From Nitrospirota bacterium (GTDB lineage Bacteria; Nitrospirota; UBA9217): a DNA stretch of 64,000 nucleotides. Under the pieces are notes generated by a model, which saw only the letters and a program-made list of their open reading frames with translations, was not told where the DNA came from and searched no databases. The stretch covers positions 128,001 to 192,000 of the forward strand of contig CAVWHO010000017.1 in the NCBI GenBank assembly GCA_963754875.1, given 5' to 3'. This document shows positions 52,633 to 62,342 of the stretch, piece after piece (within the stretch, counting starts at the first letter, position 1; each line of letters begins with the position of its first letter). The translations under genes and the position numbers were made by a program.

Positions 52633-53028
52633 TTAGACAGAAATCATATTCTCCACTTCCCGGCCAGTAAGAATGTTGTTATATTGCCTGATCATTGAAA
52701 TCAGTTTTTGAAAGTCGACAGGCTTTTCAAAGAATGCATTAGCGCCGGCGGCAAGAAAGGCACTTTCCCTTGTTTCACAACTTAAACCGACAATAAGGGA
52801 ATCTGCGAAGCGGCACCGCATGAGTCTCGCGAAATCAGCCCCGTTCATTCCCGGCATGTCATAATCGGTCACAATGATATCAAAGTTGCGCTTTCGAGAG
52901 AGGAGGAGTGCATCAGACGGGTTATTGCAGAATGATACGACGTATTCTTCTTTTTCCATGAAACGCATAAGGATGGTGCCGAAGAGTTCTTCATCATCTA
53001 CAATGAGAATTGATTTTTTGTTTTTCAT
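52633..53028 (-). CDS. Single-domain response regulator
   Basis: ILIVDDE, TDYDMP, EKP. Confidence 0.9.
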   Translation of the reverse strand: MKNKKSILIVDDEELFGTILMRFMEKEEYVVSFCNNPSDALLLSRKRNFDIIVTDYDMPGMNGADFARLMRCRFADSLIVGLSCETRESAFLAAGANAFFEKPVDFQKLISMIRQYNNILTGREVENMISV

Positions 53029-53235
53029 ATATTTCTGTCAAAATCTAATATTAAAAAATACGACAAGTTCGGCGCGTTGCTCTTTACACATTTATCGCCA
53101 TATCGGGCCAATAACTTTAATATTTTGTAAAATTTTATACAGTCGTACTCTCCTGGTAAATAAAAGAGTTTTCCCTTATGTTGTAAATTGTTGAATTAAT
53201 GATATAAAATTGAACTATGCGCGATGTCTGAAAAG

Positions 53236-53266
53236 AAAAAGCAGGCCGGATTTCAGCCTGCTTTTT
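53236..53266. terminator. Bidirectional intrinsic terminator
   Basis: AAAAAGCAGGC...GCCTGCTTTTT. Confidence 0.7.
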
Positions 53267-53306
53267 AATCAGTTGATGCATCTGCCTGTTTTCTGAGGTA
53301 ATCGTG

Positions 53307-53588
53307 TCAAAAAACGGTAATTCCGTTCCCCCACTCCATGCTCGGCTCGGTTGAACGTAAGCCGCCTGCGGCTGAACCTTCGTTTTCGGTATATTTTACC
53401 GGTCGAATGTCAAATGCGGTAATTTCGTTCCCCAGTGCGAGCCCCGATCCGAGATCATGCGAGGGAACAGGTACCTTATCAAATACCGTAATGGCATTAT
53501 ACTCACCAGCGCTCATATCTTTGGCATAAGCAGTTCCGAAGGTAAGAGCAATTACCAGAACGCTCAAAAGAATTAGTGTCTTTTTCAT
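53307..53588 (-). CDS. Small secreted protein with three NxITxF motifs
   Basis: MKK signal peptide ending AYA; GAGG RBS. Confidence 0.7.
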   Translation of the reverse strand: MKKTLILLSVLVIALTFGTAYAKDMSAGEYNAITVFDKVPVPSHDLGSGLALGNEITAFDIRPVKYTENEGSAAGGLRSTEPSMEWGNGITVF

Positions 53589-53963
53589 AGTTATCGCCTC
53601 TTTTCTTTTTGACTTTACCAAATCATGGTATAAGCTTATCACAGCTTTTGCAATTGTCAAGAGAGTATGCAACTTTGCAACTTATCTGCAGCCAAAGTAA
53701 ATCGGAGCTGTTCAAATAAAATAGATTGTAGTATGAATCCCGGGACTTGCAATCCTCCGGCTCCTGCCCGGGTAATGCGTCGTAAACAGCACCATGCACT
53801 CGCGCTATTTCACTCGTAAACGCTGGTGCAGCCGGGAGGTCGCGATAGATATTAGAGGAAACTCCACTTGGTTGGACGGGAGAGGGGATATCGAAAACCC
53901 CTCCGCGGTGCTGCATCCGAAGGTCACGTGCTATTTCGATTATTACTTCCCCTGGAAAAGAAA

Positions 53964-56036
53964 CTAATAGGGAGACACGAAGCAGGTACTTAACCCCTTC
54001 GATGCCTGTTCCTGCTGCACTACCTTCTGCAGTTGTTGCCCGTTGGATTCAAGCAGACTGGAAGCGGACAATTGCCCCCAATTACTGACATGTATGAGCC
54101 TGACCACGCTGTTGGCAATGCTTTTTCTTTCATCCGGCGTGATTGCCATACACGATGTGCTTTTGCGGCAATATCCGGAATAGCTGCAACTGATATTTTG
54201 ACACATGTCATTGTCAACGGTTACGCTTTTGGACAAATTCCTCGGCCGGTCGACATTACAGCCTTTGATCACGGCGACATGATAGGCAAGGAGCTGCAGC
54301 GGTACAACGGTGACAAAAGGAACGAGCGCGGGATGTGTCGGCGGCACCACGATCATGTCGTCCGCCTTGTCGCGGAAGGCAGCGGGTGAATCCGTGACCA
54401 CAATGATCCTTCCTCCCATCGCTTTCACCTCCGCGATGTTCGAGAGCATCTTTTCGTGCAGGCCGTCGATCGTTGCCAGGAAAACAACGGGGACTCCCTC
54501 CTCGATCAGCGCGATGGGGCCATGTTTCATTTCTCCCGCCGGATATCCGTCAGCGTGAATGTAGGCGAGCTCCTTCATCTTGAGCGCGCCTTCGAGCGCG
54601 ACAGGGTAGTTTATGCCCCGGCCGACGTACAGCATGCTCTTCGCGTTCACGAGGGTCTTTGCGATCTCCTTGACCACGCTGTCGGTTTGGAGCGCCTGTC
54701 GAATGAGCCTTGGCAGATCGAGCAGAAATGGTTTGAGCGTCTGAATCTCGAGGTCGCTGAGCTTGCCTTTCTTGGTACCCAGGGCAATACCCAGGAGGCT
54801 CAGGGCGGCAAGCTGAGCGGTAAAGGCCTTGGTGGACACCACGCCGATCTCCAGCCCCGCACGCGTGTAGAGGACCGAATCAGCCTCGCGCGTGGTCGTG
54901 CTGCCGACGACATTGCAGATCGTTAAGGTCCTCGCTCCTTTTCCCTTCGCTTCCCGCTGTGCTGCGAGGGTATCGGCTGTTTCTCCGGACTGCGTAATGG
55001 TGATGAGTACCGTTCCTTTCGGGATGACCGGGCACATGTCGCGGAACTCCGAGGCGATGTCCACGGCCACGGGGATGCGGACGAACTTCTCGATCATATA
55101 CCGGCCGACGAGGCCTGCATGGTACGATGTACCGCAGGCTGCAATATGGAGCCGCCTGAGGTCCTTGACGCTACCCGCGATACCCATCTCCTCCATGAGC
55201 CTGTTCGTGTCGTCGATCCACTCCCGCAGGGTATCCATGACCCCCTGGGGTTGCTCGTATATCTCCTTGAGCATAAAATGATCATATCCCTGCTTCTCGG
55301 CCATTGCGGGCGTCCAGTTGACCGTTACGATTTTCCCTTCAAGCTGCACCGATTCCCGGGTCTCGGCATGCTTCAGTTCGACCCCGGTGCTCCTGAGCGC
55401 GGCCAGGTGCCCCTCTTCGAGATAAATGAAGTTCCTCGTATAGGGGAGAAGCGCGGGAACATCAGATGCGAGGTACTGTGCATCCGTGCCTATCCCAATG
55501 ACGAGCGGGCTGCCGTTGCGAATCGCGAACAGCGTGTCCGGCGTGCCTTCGTAGATGATCCCCAGCGCATAAGCCCCGCGAAGGTGCGCGATCGCTTGTC
55601 GGATCGCCTCATCGATGGGAAGGCCGCGGTCAAGGTAACTCGCGATGAGCTGAGGCACCACCTCCGAGTCCGTCTGGGATGTGAAAACATGTCCGGTAGC
55701 TGCCAATTCGGTCCGCAACTCGCGGTAATTTTCAATGATGCCGTTGTGTACCACGGAGACGCCTTTCACGGTGTGCGGTTGGGCATTGACTGTGGACGGC
55801 GCCCCATGGGTGGCCCATCGCGTGTGGCCGATGCCGATCGTAATGGCTGGTAAGGGGGTAGGCAGTAGCTTCTGGAGGTCCTTCAGCTTGCCTGGAGTCT
55901 TGTAAACCTCGATTCCCGATCCGTTCTTAAAAGCAATTCCTGACGAATCGTAACCACGGTATTCCAAACGGGTAAGGCCATCAAAGAGAAGCTGCAGAGA
56001 ATCCTTTTTTCCAACATATCCCACGATTCCGCTCAT
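53964..56036 (-). CDS. glmS: Atypical glutamine--fructose-6-phosphate aminotransferase homolog (Cys1->Ser, C-terminal extension)
   Basis: LEYRGYDS, GHTRWATHG, HNGIIEN, SGETADT, EMKHGP, PRNLSKSVTV. Confidence 0.9.
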   Translation of the reverse strand: MSGIVGYVGKKDSLQLLFDGLTRLEYRGYDSSGIAFKNGSGIEVYKTPGKLKDLQKLLPTPLPAITIGIGHTRWATHGAPSTVNAQPHTVKGVSVVHNGIIENYRELRTELAATGHVFTSQTDSEVVPQLIASYLDRGLPIDEAIRQAIAHLRGAYALGIIYEGTPDTLFAIRNGSPLVIGIGTDAQYLASDVPALLPYTRNFIYLEEGHLAALRSTGVELKHAETRESVQLEGKIVTVNWTPAMAEKQGYDHFMLKEIYEQPQGVMDTLREWIDDTNRLMEEMGIAGSVKDLRRLHIAACGTSYHAGLVGRYMIEKFVRIPVAVDIASEFRDMCPVIPKGTVLITITQSGETADTLAAQREAKGKGARTLTICNVVGSTTTREADSVLYTRAGLEIGVVSTKAFTAQLAALSLLGIALGTKKGKLSDLEIQTLKPFLLDLPRLIRQALQTDSVVKEIAKTLVNAKSMLYVGRGINYPVALEGALKMKELAYIHADGYPAGEMKHGPIALIEEGVPVVFLATIDGLHEKMLSNIAEVKAMGGRIIVVTDSPAAFRDKADDMIVVPPTHPALVPFVTVVPLQLLAYHVAVIKGCNVDRPRNLSKSVTVDNDMCQNISCSYSGYCRKSTSCMAITPDERKSIANSVVRLIHVSNWGQLSASSLLESNGQQLQKVVQQEQASKGLSTCFVSPY

Positions 56037-56111
56037 GATTTCGCTCCCTCGACTTGCCGGGTCTCATGCCAGTGATAACGGCATTGCTATTTTGGACTTG
56101 ACATATATAAA

Positions 56112-56127
56112 GCAAGAAGGGTGCCGG
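56112..56127 (-). promoter_or_regulatory. sigma54 promoter upstream of the glmS-like gene
   Basis: Minus strand CCGGCACCCTTCTTGC (GG-N10-GC). Confidence 0.6.
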
Positions 56128-56461
56128 ATTAATGAAGGAAACGGCCAAGGCGTGATAAAATACCGTTAATCCCTTTATTTCCTCTATTTCTTCTATTTTT
56201 TAATAAGTTACTCGCACGCTTCCTTCTCATTAGAACATAATTAAAGAGAGGAACGAAATATGATTTTGCCCTGAAATTTCACCTATCGCGGAGAAGGACA
56301 TTAAAAAAAAATTGAGTTCTCCAATAAGTGGTTCCAGGGTATACAATAAAAAATCAGAATTTTAAGTAATTATTCAATATAATATGGTGATGTATCTATG
56401 AGATACAATATATTATAATATTATTCAATTGTTTATATAATGTGTATCAAATATATACACA

Positions 56462-56480
56462 AAATCCGGCCCCGCTACCA
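56462..56480 (+). repeat. Short tRNA-fMet 3' end (att-like scar 4)
   Basis: AAATCCGGCCCCGCTACCA; sequence composition visibly changes here. Confidence 0.6.
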
Positions 56481-56661
56481 AGAACTCATAACTCGACACA
56501 GCAATAACATTTCCTTTGAGCCGACAATCACCCTTTGATTTGCTTGATTTTTTCCCCAAGTTGTCCTATTCTCAGGGTAAAAAAGGAGAAGGAAAAGGAA
56601 AGGAAGAATTAAGAAGGAAGAAGGGGAAAATAAAAGAACTTCTTAATTCCTCAATTGTCTT

Positions 56662-57072
56662 ATGAAAAAACAGGTAGAGTATCTGCAGAGGTTGTTTTAC
56701 GATATTTGGAATGATTTTGGAAGCGTCTATCTCATCGTGAAATATTCAAGCACTACCAGCATCGGCAGACGCGGGTTTACCGAAGAAGAGAAGAAACAGG
56801 GGCTGCTGCTCGTTTTTAACGATAAGACCAACACCACGCTGGACTGGGACGCCGAGGGAAATCTCACCTGCGTCCTCGCCTTCGGCACCCGCAAAGAAGA
56901 CGTCTTCATCCATCACGATGATCTGCTGGGCGTGTATTCACCGGAGGCACGGGTGCAGTTTCTCAGGAGCGATGTCAGCAACGAACCTGCCGAATCGCCC
57001 GAAACGGATGCCGGGCAGCGTGATAAAAACCACGTCGTTTCGATCAGCAATTTCAAACAAAGGAAGAAGTAA
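56662..57072 (+). CDS. SspB-like ClpXP adaptor (putative)
   Basis: L.W....LTCVLAFG core and C-terminal VVSISNFKQRKK resembling the ClpX-binding tail. Confidence 0.55.
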   Translation: MKKQVEYLQRLFYDIWNDFGSVYLIVKYSSTTSIGRRGFTEEEKKQGLLLVFNDKTNTTLDWDAEGNLTCVLAFGTRKEDVFIHHDDLLGVYSPEARVQFLRSDVSNEPAESPETDAGQRDKNHVVSISNFKQRKK

Positions 57073-57125
57073 AAAGGTCTGTTCTCGATTCTTTTTTCCA
57101 ATTGCCTGCAGGAGGGGACACAAAG

Positions 57126-57506
57126 ATGTTAACGAGAATCAGTGTTGCCGCGTTCGCATTCATGATGTGCATCTCGCCCGCTGCTGCCGAACAACGACTC
57201 GGGGTCGCCGTGTATCCCGGAGCGAAATACGATTTCATCAGGACGAAGCTGCTCGCGGAGAACCCGTCAGTTCAAGGGGCGGCATACCGGACCGGCGACG
57301 ATCTCGCAAAGGTCACAGCCTTTTACCGGGAGCATGGGCTCCTGTTCCTGAAGATCGGCAGTACGTCGAAAGAGGAAGTGCGGTTCAAGAAAGTAGATAT
57401 TAACGTGGATGTGGTCGTTCAGCAGCCGTGGAGGGACCCGCAAACGGGCGCCACAATGAAGGACACCCTTATTCTGATTTTAAAAGAAAAGGAGCAGGGG
57501 AAGTAG
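57126..57506 (+). CDS. Exported hypothetical protein
   Basis: Signal peptide, GVAVYPGA motif. Confidence 0.7.
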   Translation: MLTRISVAAFAFMMCISPAAAEQRLGVAVYPGAKYDFIRTKLLAENPSVQGAAYRTGDDLAKVTAFYREHGLLFLKIGSTSKEEVRFKKVDINVDVVVQQPWRDPQTGATMKDTLILILKEKEQGK

Positions 57507-57508
57507 TG

Positions 57509-57697
57509 ATGCCGAAACGGCCTGTTGTAGATCAAGACCTGTGCATAGGCTGCGGACACTGCGCGGAAGTGTGCCCCAAGGTCTTCGATCTCATCGACGA
57601 CAAGTCGAACGTGACCGGGCCGCACCAGTGCGGCACCTGCAACTGCCAGGAGGCGATCGATACCTGCCCGGTGCAGGCGATCTCATGGGAAGAGTAG
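57509..57697 (+). CDS. Single-cluster ferredoxin
   Basis: CIGCGHCAEVCP...CPVQAI. Confidence 0.9.
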   Translation: MPKRPVVDQDLCIGCGHCAEVCPKVFDLIDDKSNVTGPHQCGTCNCQEAIDTCPVQAISWEE

Positions 57698-57763
57698 GCG
57701 CGATATAAACACGAGAGACCCGAACCGGAAGTTTGCGCAACCGTCCTTATGAGAGAGGTGTCT

Positions 57764-57885
57764 ATGAAACAGATCGCTGACAAAACCTCGTTCTGCCTGC
57801 CCTGGACCCAGACGCTCCTGGGCACTTATGTGAACGAACGGCAAGGTGAACTTCATGGCCCTGGACTGGCTCACGCGCGCGAACC
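57764..57885 (+). pseudogene. Flavoredoxin/flavin reductase N-terminal remnant
   Basis: PWTQTLLGTYV-NGKVNFMALDWLTRAN after removing a GAAC duplication. Confidence 0.55.
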
Positions 57886-58000
57886 GGGGCCACGCCTCGA
57901 ACGACGCCATCCGAGTGACCCGGCCCTGCCGGGAGGCTTGCCCAGTGCTATAATTTAATTATCCACAACAAATATCCTGAAGGAAAAGGGGTGAGTCTCT

Positions 58001-58180
58001 ATGAACATCGATCTGGACAAGAAAGAACGGGACCTGCTCGTTCATGAACTGGAGGAGACCACGATTCCGCAGATCAGGGAGCTGGTCGCCTCAGGCATGC
58101 GGAAGATCAGCCGCGATGAGCTTAAAATGGACGAGGAAGTGCTGAAGAACGTGCTTGAAAAATTGAAAAAGGCCGCGTGA
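58001..58180 (+). CDS. 59-aa hypothetical protein (absent from the ORF track)
   Basis: MNIDLDKKERDLL..LEKLKKAA*; followed by a terminator. Confidence 0.7.
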   Translation: MNIDLDKKERDLLVHELEETTIPQIRELVASGMRKISRDELKMDEEVLKNVLEKLKKAA

Positions 58181-58237
58181 TCAGTTTCAGCTTCGGTCGT
58201 AAACAGCGGATCGATCCATCGCCCGGACCTTGGAGGG

Positions 58238-58267
58238 AGAGGTACTTTTTTAAGTGCCTCTTTTTTT
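58238..58267 (+). terminator. Intrinsic terminator
   Basis: AGAGGTACTT..AAGTGCCTCT plus T run. Confidence 0.7.
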
Positions 58268-58454
58268 GTGGTTCAGGAGAAAAGTGAACGGACAATTAAG
58301 ACCGCTGCACAAAGGGCCCCTTTACTTTTTTGTGCAGCGGTCTCCCCCACAGGCTGAAGAAATTGCATCGCATCTAATCGTTGGTAGGGAAAAGGAAGAA
58401 GTAAGAAATAAAGGAATTTCTAAATTCATGCATTCTTAATTCTTTCTTTAGCCA

Positions 58455-59765
58455 CTAGTACCATTCAAAGCCATAGTTATAACCTGCCTGGTCAGCGTAG
58501 ATGACCCTGAAGACACCCGGAGTAAAACTCTGTGAGGCCGGCGCCGTGCTGCCGCTGGTTGTCAAATTAATGCTGCCTCGTACCCTGTTCGCGGCGCTCC
58601 AGCCCGAGTCTCCGATCTCATACCCGGCGTTGCCAAATACGGTCGAAAGCTCGGCATCGGAAGGCTGGACCCAGGAGCCATCATTCAGTTTCTTCCACCA
58701 TTGCCATTCGATATTCGTAATGTTACCGTTGGCCATCGTGAGCCTGATTTGAGGCATATACATGTTATAGAGGTTCGAATCGATCGTTTGTGAGTTCACG
58801 TTCTGGAAGGTAAACACCGTCGAGCCCACGGTTACCGTATAAGTCCCCGCGGGAGGCGTGGCAGGCGTTGTTGCACTGCCGCCGCAGAAAAAGTTCAGGT
58901 TCCTGCCTGATGTGTCTGCAACGTTCCAGCACGGCGTCTGATCATTTGACCCGTTCACGGTTGCCGGAGTATGGAGTGCAGCACTCGGCCAGCTGGCGGA
59001 AGGCATATCCGGATTTGCCCAGAAATAATATTCATACCCTTTGTAGGTTATGGCCGTATGGTCGCTCCAGGCCCCCTGAATAGCGGAAAAACTGCTGCTG
59101 CCGTTAAATTCATAATCAAGCCCCAGGGAGTAAGACTTGTTTTCCTGATGATCGATCACTCCGTTTCCATCAATGTCCACATTACTCAACCTTGTCATGG
59201 CGATGTCCATGATGCCGTACGCCGTCGCTATCGCTTGAGAGAGTCCGAGGTCTTGAAGAAGCGCGGACGACGTTATGGAACCCTGGGCCTCGCTCCCGCT
59301 GAGAGAAACAGTACCCAGATTGATGTCCGTCGAATTCAAATTGATGGGGAAGGAATGCATGCCCGTCGTAGCGTCGGTTTTATAGAGGCCGACGATCGAA
59401 GTCCCATTTAAAAGACCGATGATATAAGGCTTACCCTTATCGAGGTTGAGGGAAAAATCGCTTCCGCTTGTTGTTGCTGTTGCAAACGTCCCGTCGGAGC
59501 TGACGGCCACGATGTTGCTGACCGTGGTCCCGGCTGCAAAAGCGCTTTTTAACGGAGACAGGTAAGCCAGCAAGCGGCTGAATCGGGTGTCTGTTGCGGC
59601 CATGGTAACGGTTGCGTTGTCCAGCTTTCCAGTGATTTTAACGGTGCCATTGCCCGCTCCCGCTCCGGGTCCGGACCCGGAGCCGCCGCTGCTGCAGCCT
59701 GATGCGACAATACCGATCGCGCAGACTGTCGCGATCATAAGAACATGAACTCTGCCAATCTTCAT
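58455..59765 (-). CDS. Lipoprotein of unknown function
   Basis: ASGC lipobox, Gly/Ser linker, DIDGNG motif. Confidence 0.75.
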   Translation of the reverse strand: MKIGRVHVLMIATVCAIGIVASGCSSGGSGSGPGAGAGNGTVKITGKLDNATVTMAATDTRFSRLLAYLSPLKSAFAAGTTVSNIVAVSSDGTFATATTSGSDFSLNLDKGKPYIIGLLNGTSIVGLYKTDATTGMHSFPINLNSTDINLGTVSLSGSEAQGSITSSALLQDLGLSQAIATAYGIMDIAMTRLSNVDIDGNGVIDHQENKSYSLGLDYEFNGSSSFSAIQGAWSDHTAITYKGYEYYFWANPDMPSASWPSAALHTPATVNGSNDQTPCWNVADTSGRNLNFFCGGSATTPATPPAGTYTVTVGSTVFTFQNVNSQTIDSNLYNMYMPQIRLTMANGNITNIEWQWWKKLNDGSWVQPSDAELSTVFGNAGYEIGDSGWSAANRVRGSINLTTSGSTAPASQSFTPGVFRVIYADQAGYNYGFEWY

Positions 59766-60091
59766 GATACGCCCCTTTCTTTTCCACAAAAAGATATTGA
59801 GCTGATCGTACACCCCTTTTCCCGCACACGCAACATAAAGTTGCAGTTTACGTTGTGCAAAACGCAACAGGTTGTTTTCAAGAAAAGAAAATATTTTGCC
59901 TTGCCGCATCAATACTGATTTTGTTCTTTGCCTTCTGCAATTCTCACGCAAAACTGTTGACTGGACTGCCTCTTTCCGTTATGGTGATCATGACCGCCCG
60001 CGCTGTCCCGTACTCCTAGTGCAGCACACTGCGACGGGATTACGAGGTCTGCGGCCGGACCGAAATACGGACTCCTCACTGCCTGTTGAAG

Positions 60092-60601
60092 ATGGTCTTT
60101 TCGTACTACAATAAACTGTCATCAGCCCAAAAGCGCGTCTATCGGAAGAGCGACGAGATTCACGCGGTGCCCCTCGTTGATGGCAGGACATTCCAGCCGC
60201 TCATCGCGCGCCTGGCTTCGGCTTTGGAGCAGGAAGACCGGGCGCAGACAGAAGAGATCTGTAGAGCGCTCGCCTTGGGCCTCGCAAACGGTCTCGGTGT
60301 CCCTCCGCTTCGCCTGAAAGTGCTTCCAGCGCGGCCGGCCGGCGGATGGGGAGAACTGCACGGCTTGTATGAACTGGCCCAAGGCAGGGCATCCGCTGTC
60401 ATAACCCTTTGGATGCGCACGGCAAGGCACAAGCGCGTGGTTGCCTTTCGTACGTTCCTGCGCACGTTCCTGCACGAGTTCTGCCATCATCTGGACTATC
60501 ACCGGTACGGCCTGGACGACTCGTTCCATACCGAGGGGTTCTATAAGCGGGAATCGAGCCTCTTTCATCAATTGGTGCCGGAGTCGCACCCAACCTCATA
60601 A
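60092..60601 (+). CDS. HExxH zinc metallopeptidase-like protein
   Basis: TFLHEFCHHLD...HTEGF. Confidence 0.7.
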   Translation: MVFSYYNKLSSAQKRVYRKSDEIHAVPLVDGRTFQPLIARLASALEQEDRAQTEEICRALALGLANGLGVPPLRLKVLPARPAGGWGELHGLYELAQGRASAVITLWMRTARHKRVVAFRTFLRTFLHEFCHHLDYHRYGLDDSFHTEGFYKRESSLFHQLVPESHPTS

Positions 60602-60732
60602 ACACAACTGAATAGAGATACGCGAAATGCAGAAGCAGCCATGGCGACAGGGTCTTCGATTTCAAGGTACTTCAGATAATCAACGGCTTCGTGATACTGT
60701 GTGATCTATGAGAGAATTGTCCAAAATCACCC

Positions 60733-60759
60733 TATAGTTTCAGCCAGAGTTGCCGATAA
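60733..60759 (+). promoter_or_regulatory. sigma28 promoter
   Basis: TATAGTTT-N11-GCCGATAA, 45 nt before ATG 60805. Confidence 0.75.
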
Positions 60760-60804
60760 GACAGATGGATGCTAAATGTTGCATAATGAAAGGAGCAAAT
60801 AATC

Positions 60805-61038
60805 ATGTCAGATGCAATTTCTGGAATTGTTTCCGGGCAACCAGCTTATCAGCCTCAGCAAGTGGCTTCTCAGCAACCAGCAACACAGGGAGCTGCCCCA
60901 TCATCCAAGGATGATATTGTAACTATCTCGTCTCAGGGCAAGCAAGCAACACAACAACCCGCCCCTTACTCGCCGACTGAGGAAAAGAACGAGTCTTACG
61001 CTCAGAAGACCGCAGAGGCCCAGGCTGGCAAGAAGTAG
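60805..61038 (+). CDS. Small Gln-rich protein with FlgM-like D.V.IS..G motif
   Basis: AAGGAG RBS; DDIVTISSQGKQ; sigma28 promoter upstream. Confidence 0.7.
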   Translation: MSDAISGIVSGQPAYQPQQVASQQPATQGAAPSSKDDIVTISSQGKQATQQPAPYSPTEEKNESYAQKTAEAQAGKK

Positions 61039-61175
61039 CAGTTTTAAGAAATGGGATGTTTTTATAGAGCACATCGGTACATCGGTGTGCTTATTTTGTT
61101 TCCAAGCTGACACACGTCGGAAAGGTAATGAGGGATTGTCGGCCGGCTGAAGGGAGCGTTGCCAGGAGATAGAAA

Positions 61176-61436
61176 TCAAGATTTGATGGGATCCCTTTTC
61201 AAATAGCAGCTCTCGCAGAAGGCCTTCCCATCAACGGAATAGTAGCCTTTGTTAGAGCAATCGCGATAAAAATTCCGTGTCGGCGAGCATGCCTCGTTAC
61301 CGACAGCCGACGGTACGCACAATTGCAATTTGCATGCGGAACAAGTCAGTCTTTTCGGACAAGGACAGTGCTCGCAGTCTTTGTCAGGACATCCGGGGCA
61401 TGGCTGCGCTGTTGAAGAATCCACAATAGTCTCCAA
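61176..61436 (-). CDS. Small Cys-rich hypothetical protein
   Basis: CPGC, CEHC, CSAC, CESC; start uncertain. Confidence 0.5.
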   Translation of the reverse strand: METIVDSSTAQPCPGCPDKDCEHCPCPKRLTCSACKLQLCVPSAVGNEACSPTRNFYRDCSNKGYYSVDGKAFCESCYLKRDPIKS

Positions 61437-61688
61437 GATCTACGATCCTAAAGCCGGAATAAAAATGCCGGTGTCAACCATCTGTTCTGCGTGGTGCCGT
61501 ATGGCAGGGCCGACGTTGTTATCTGCCGCCTTTCTGTTGCAGTGCCCGGTTTTCTAAAGAGTGAGCGCCCGGGGACGCGCTGGGCTCATGAAAAATTATA
61601 GTCGAACCCTGATTAATTTCAATCGGGGATTCCCTGATTGCTCTTCTGTGAGAAGCGAATGTAGGTCCGGCGCGCTTGCTTGGCCTGA

Positions 61689-62342
61689 TCAGTCTTCGAG
61701 GGAGGTTATGCCTTCGCGGATGGCGAATTTCGTAAGATCGGCGATGCTGCGGGTATTCAATTTGGTCATGATCTGGTGGCGGTGCGTTTCTACGGTCTTC
61801 ACGCTGACGTCGAGCAGGGCTGCAACTTCCCGTGTTGTTTTGCCTTCCGCCAGGAGCTGGAGCACCTCCCGTTCCCGGGCAGTGAGCGTTGATTTAGCTG
61901 CTTTCCGGCCTTGCCGGGACGCCCGCGTCTCGCCTTCGCGATGAACAGCCGCGTTCTGGGGGCAGAAATATCGTTGGTTCTCCAGTACTGCGCGAACGGC
62001 CTTCAGCAACTCCGTGTACCCGCAGGTCTTGTGTATATAACCCGATGCGCCGGCATCGAGCATGTCCAGAACAAACCGCTTCTCCCTGTGTTTGGACAGG
62101 GCTATGATCTTGATGCCGGGACATTTGCCGACAATGCGTCGCGTCGCTTCCATCCCGTTCATCCGGGGCATGGAAATGTCCATGATGACTACATCGGGAG
62201 TAAGCCGCTGCGCCAATTGGACAGCCTCGCGACCGTCATTCGCCTCGGCAACGACTTTCATGTCCGCCTGTTTGTCGAAAAGCGTTCTCAGCCCTTCGCG
62301 CACGATCTCATGATCGTCGGCAAGAAGGATTTTAATGCTCAT
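61689..62342 (-). CDS. NarL/LuxR-family response regulator
   Basis: LADDH, MDISMP, LTAREREVL..TVETHR. Confidence 0.95.
   Translation of the reverse strand: MSIKILLADDHEIVREGLRTLFDKQADMKVVAEANDGREAVQLAQRLTPDVVIMDISMPRMNGMEATRRIVGKCPGIKIIALSKHREKRFVLDMLDAGASGYIHKTCGYTELLKAVRAVLENQRYFCPQNAAVHREGETRASRQGRKAAKSTLTAREREVLQLLAEGKTTREVAALLDVSVKTVETHRHQIMTKLNTRSIADLTKFAIREGITSLED

Noticed and set aside
53912..53935. Fifth tRNA scar (CCGAAGGTCACG)
   Set aside because: Only 12 bp match scar 3, with no CCA end or hairpin; could be chance
56040..56330. glmS ribozyme
   Set aside because: Conserved core not recognisable; the leader is short and follows a sigma54-like motif
56578..56640. Purine-rich tract
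   Set aside because: Low-complexity intergenic sequence with no supportable function
57509..57697. HgcB (mercury methylation ferredoxin)
   Set aside because: Only one CxxCxxC motif, no C-terminal Cys tail, and no hgcA in the window
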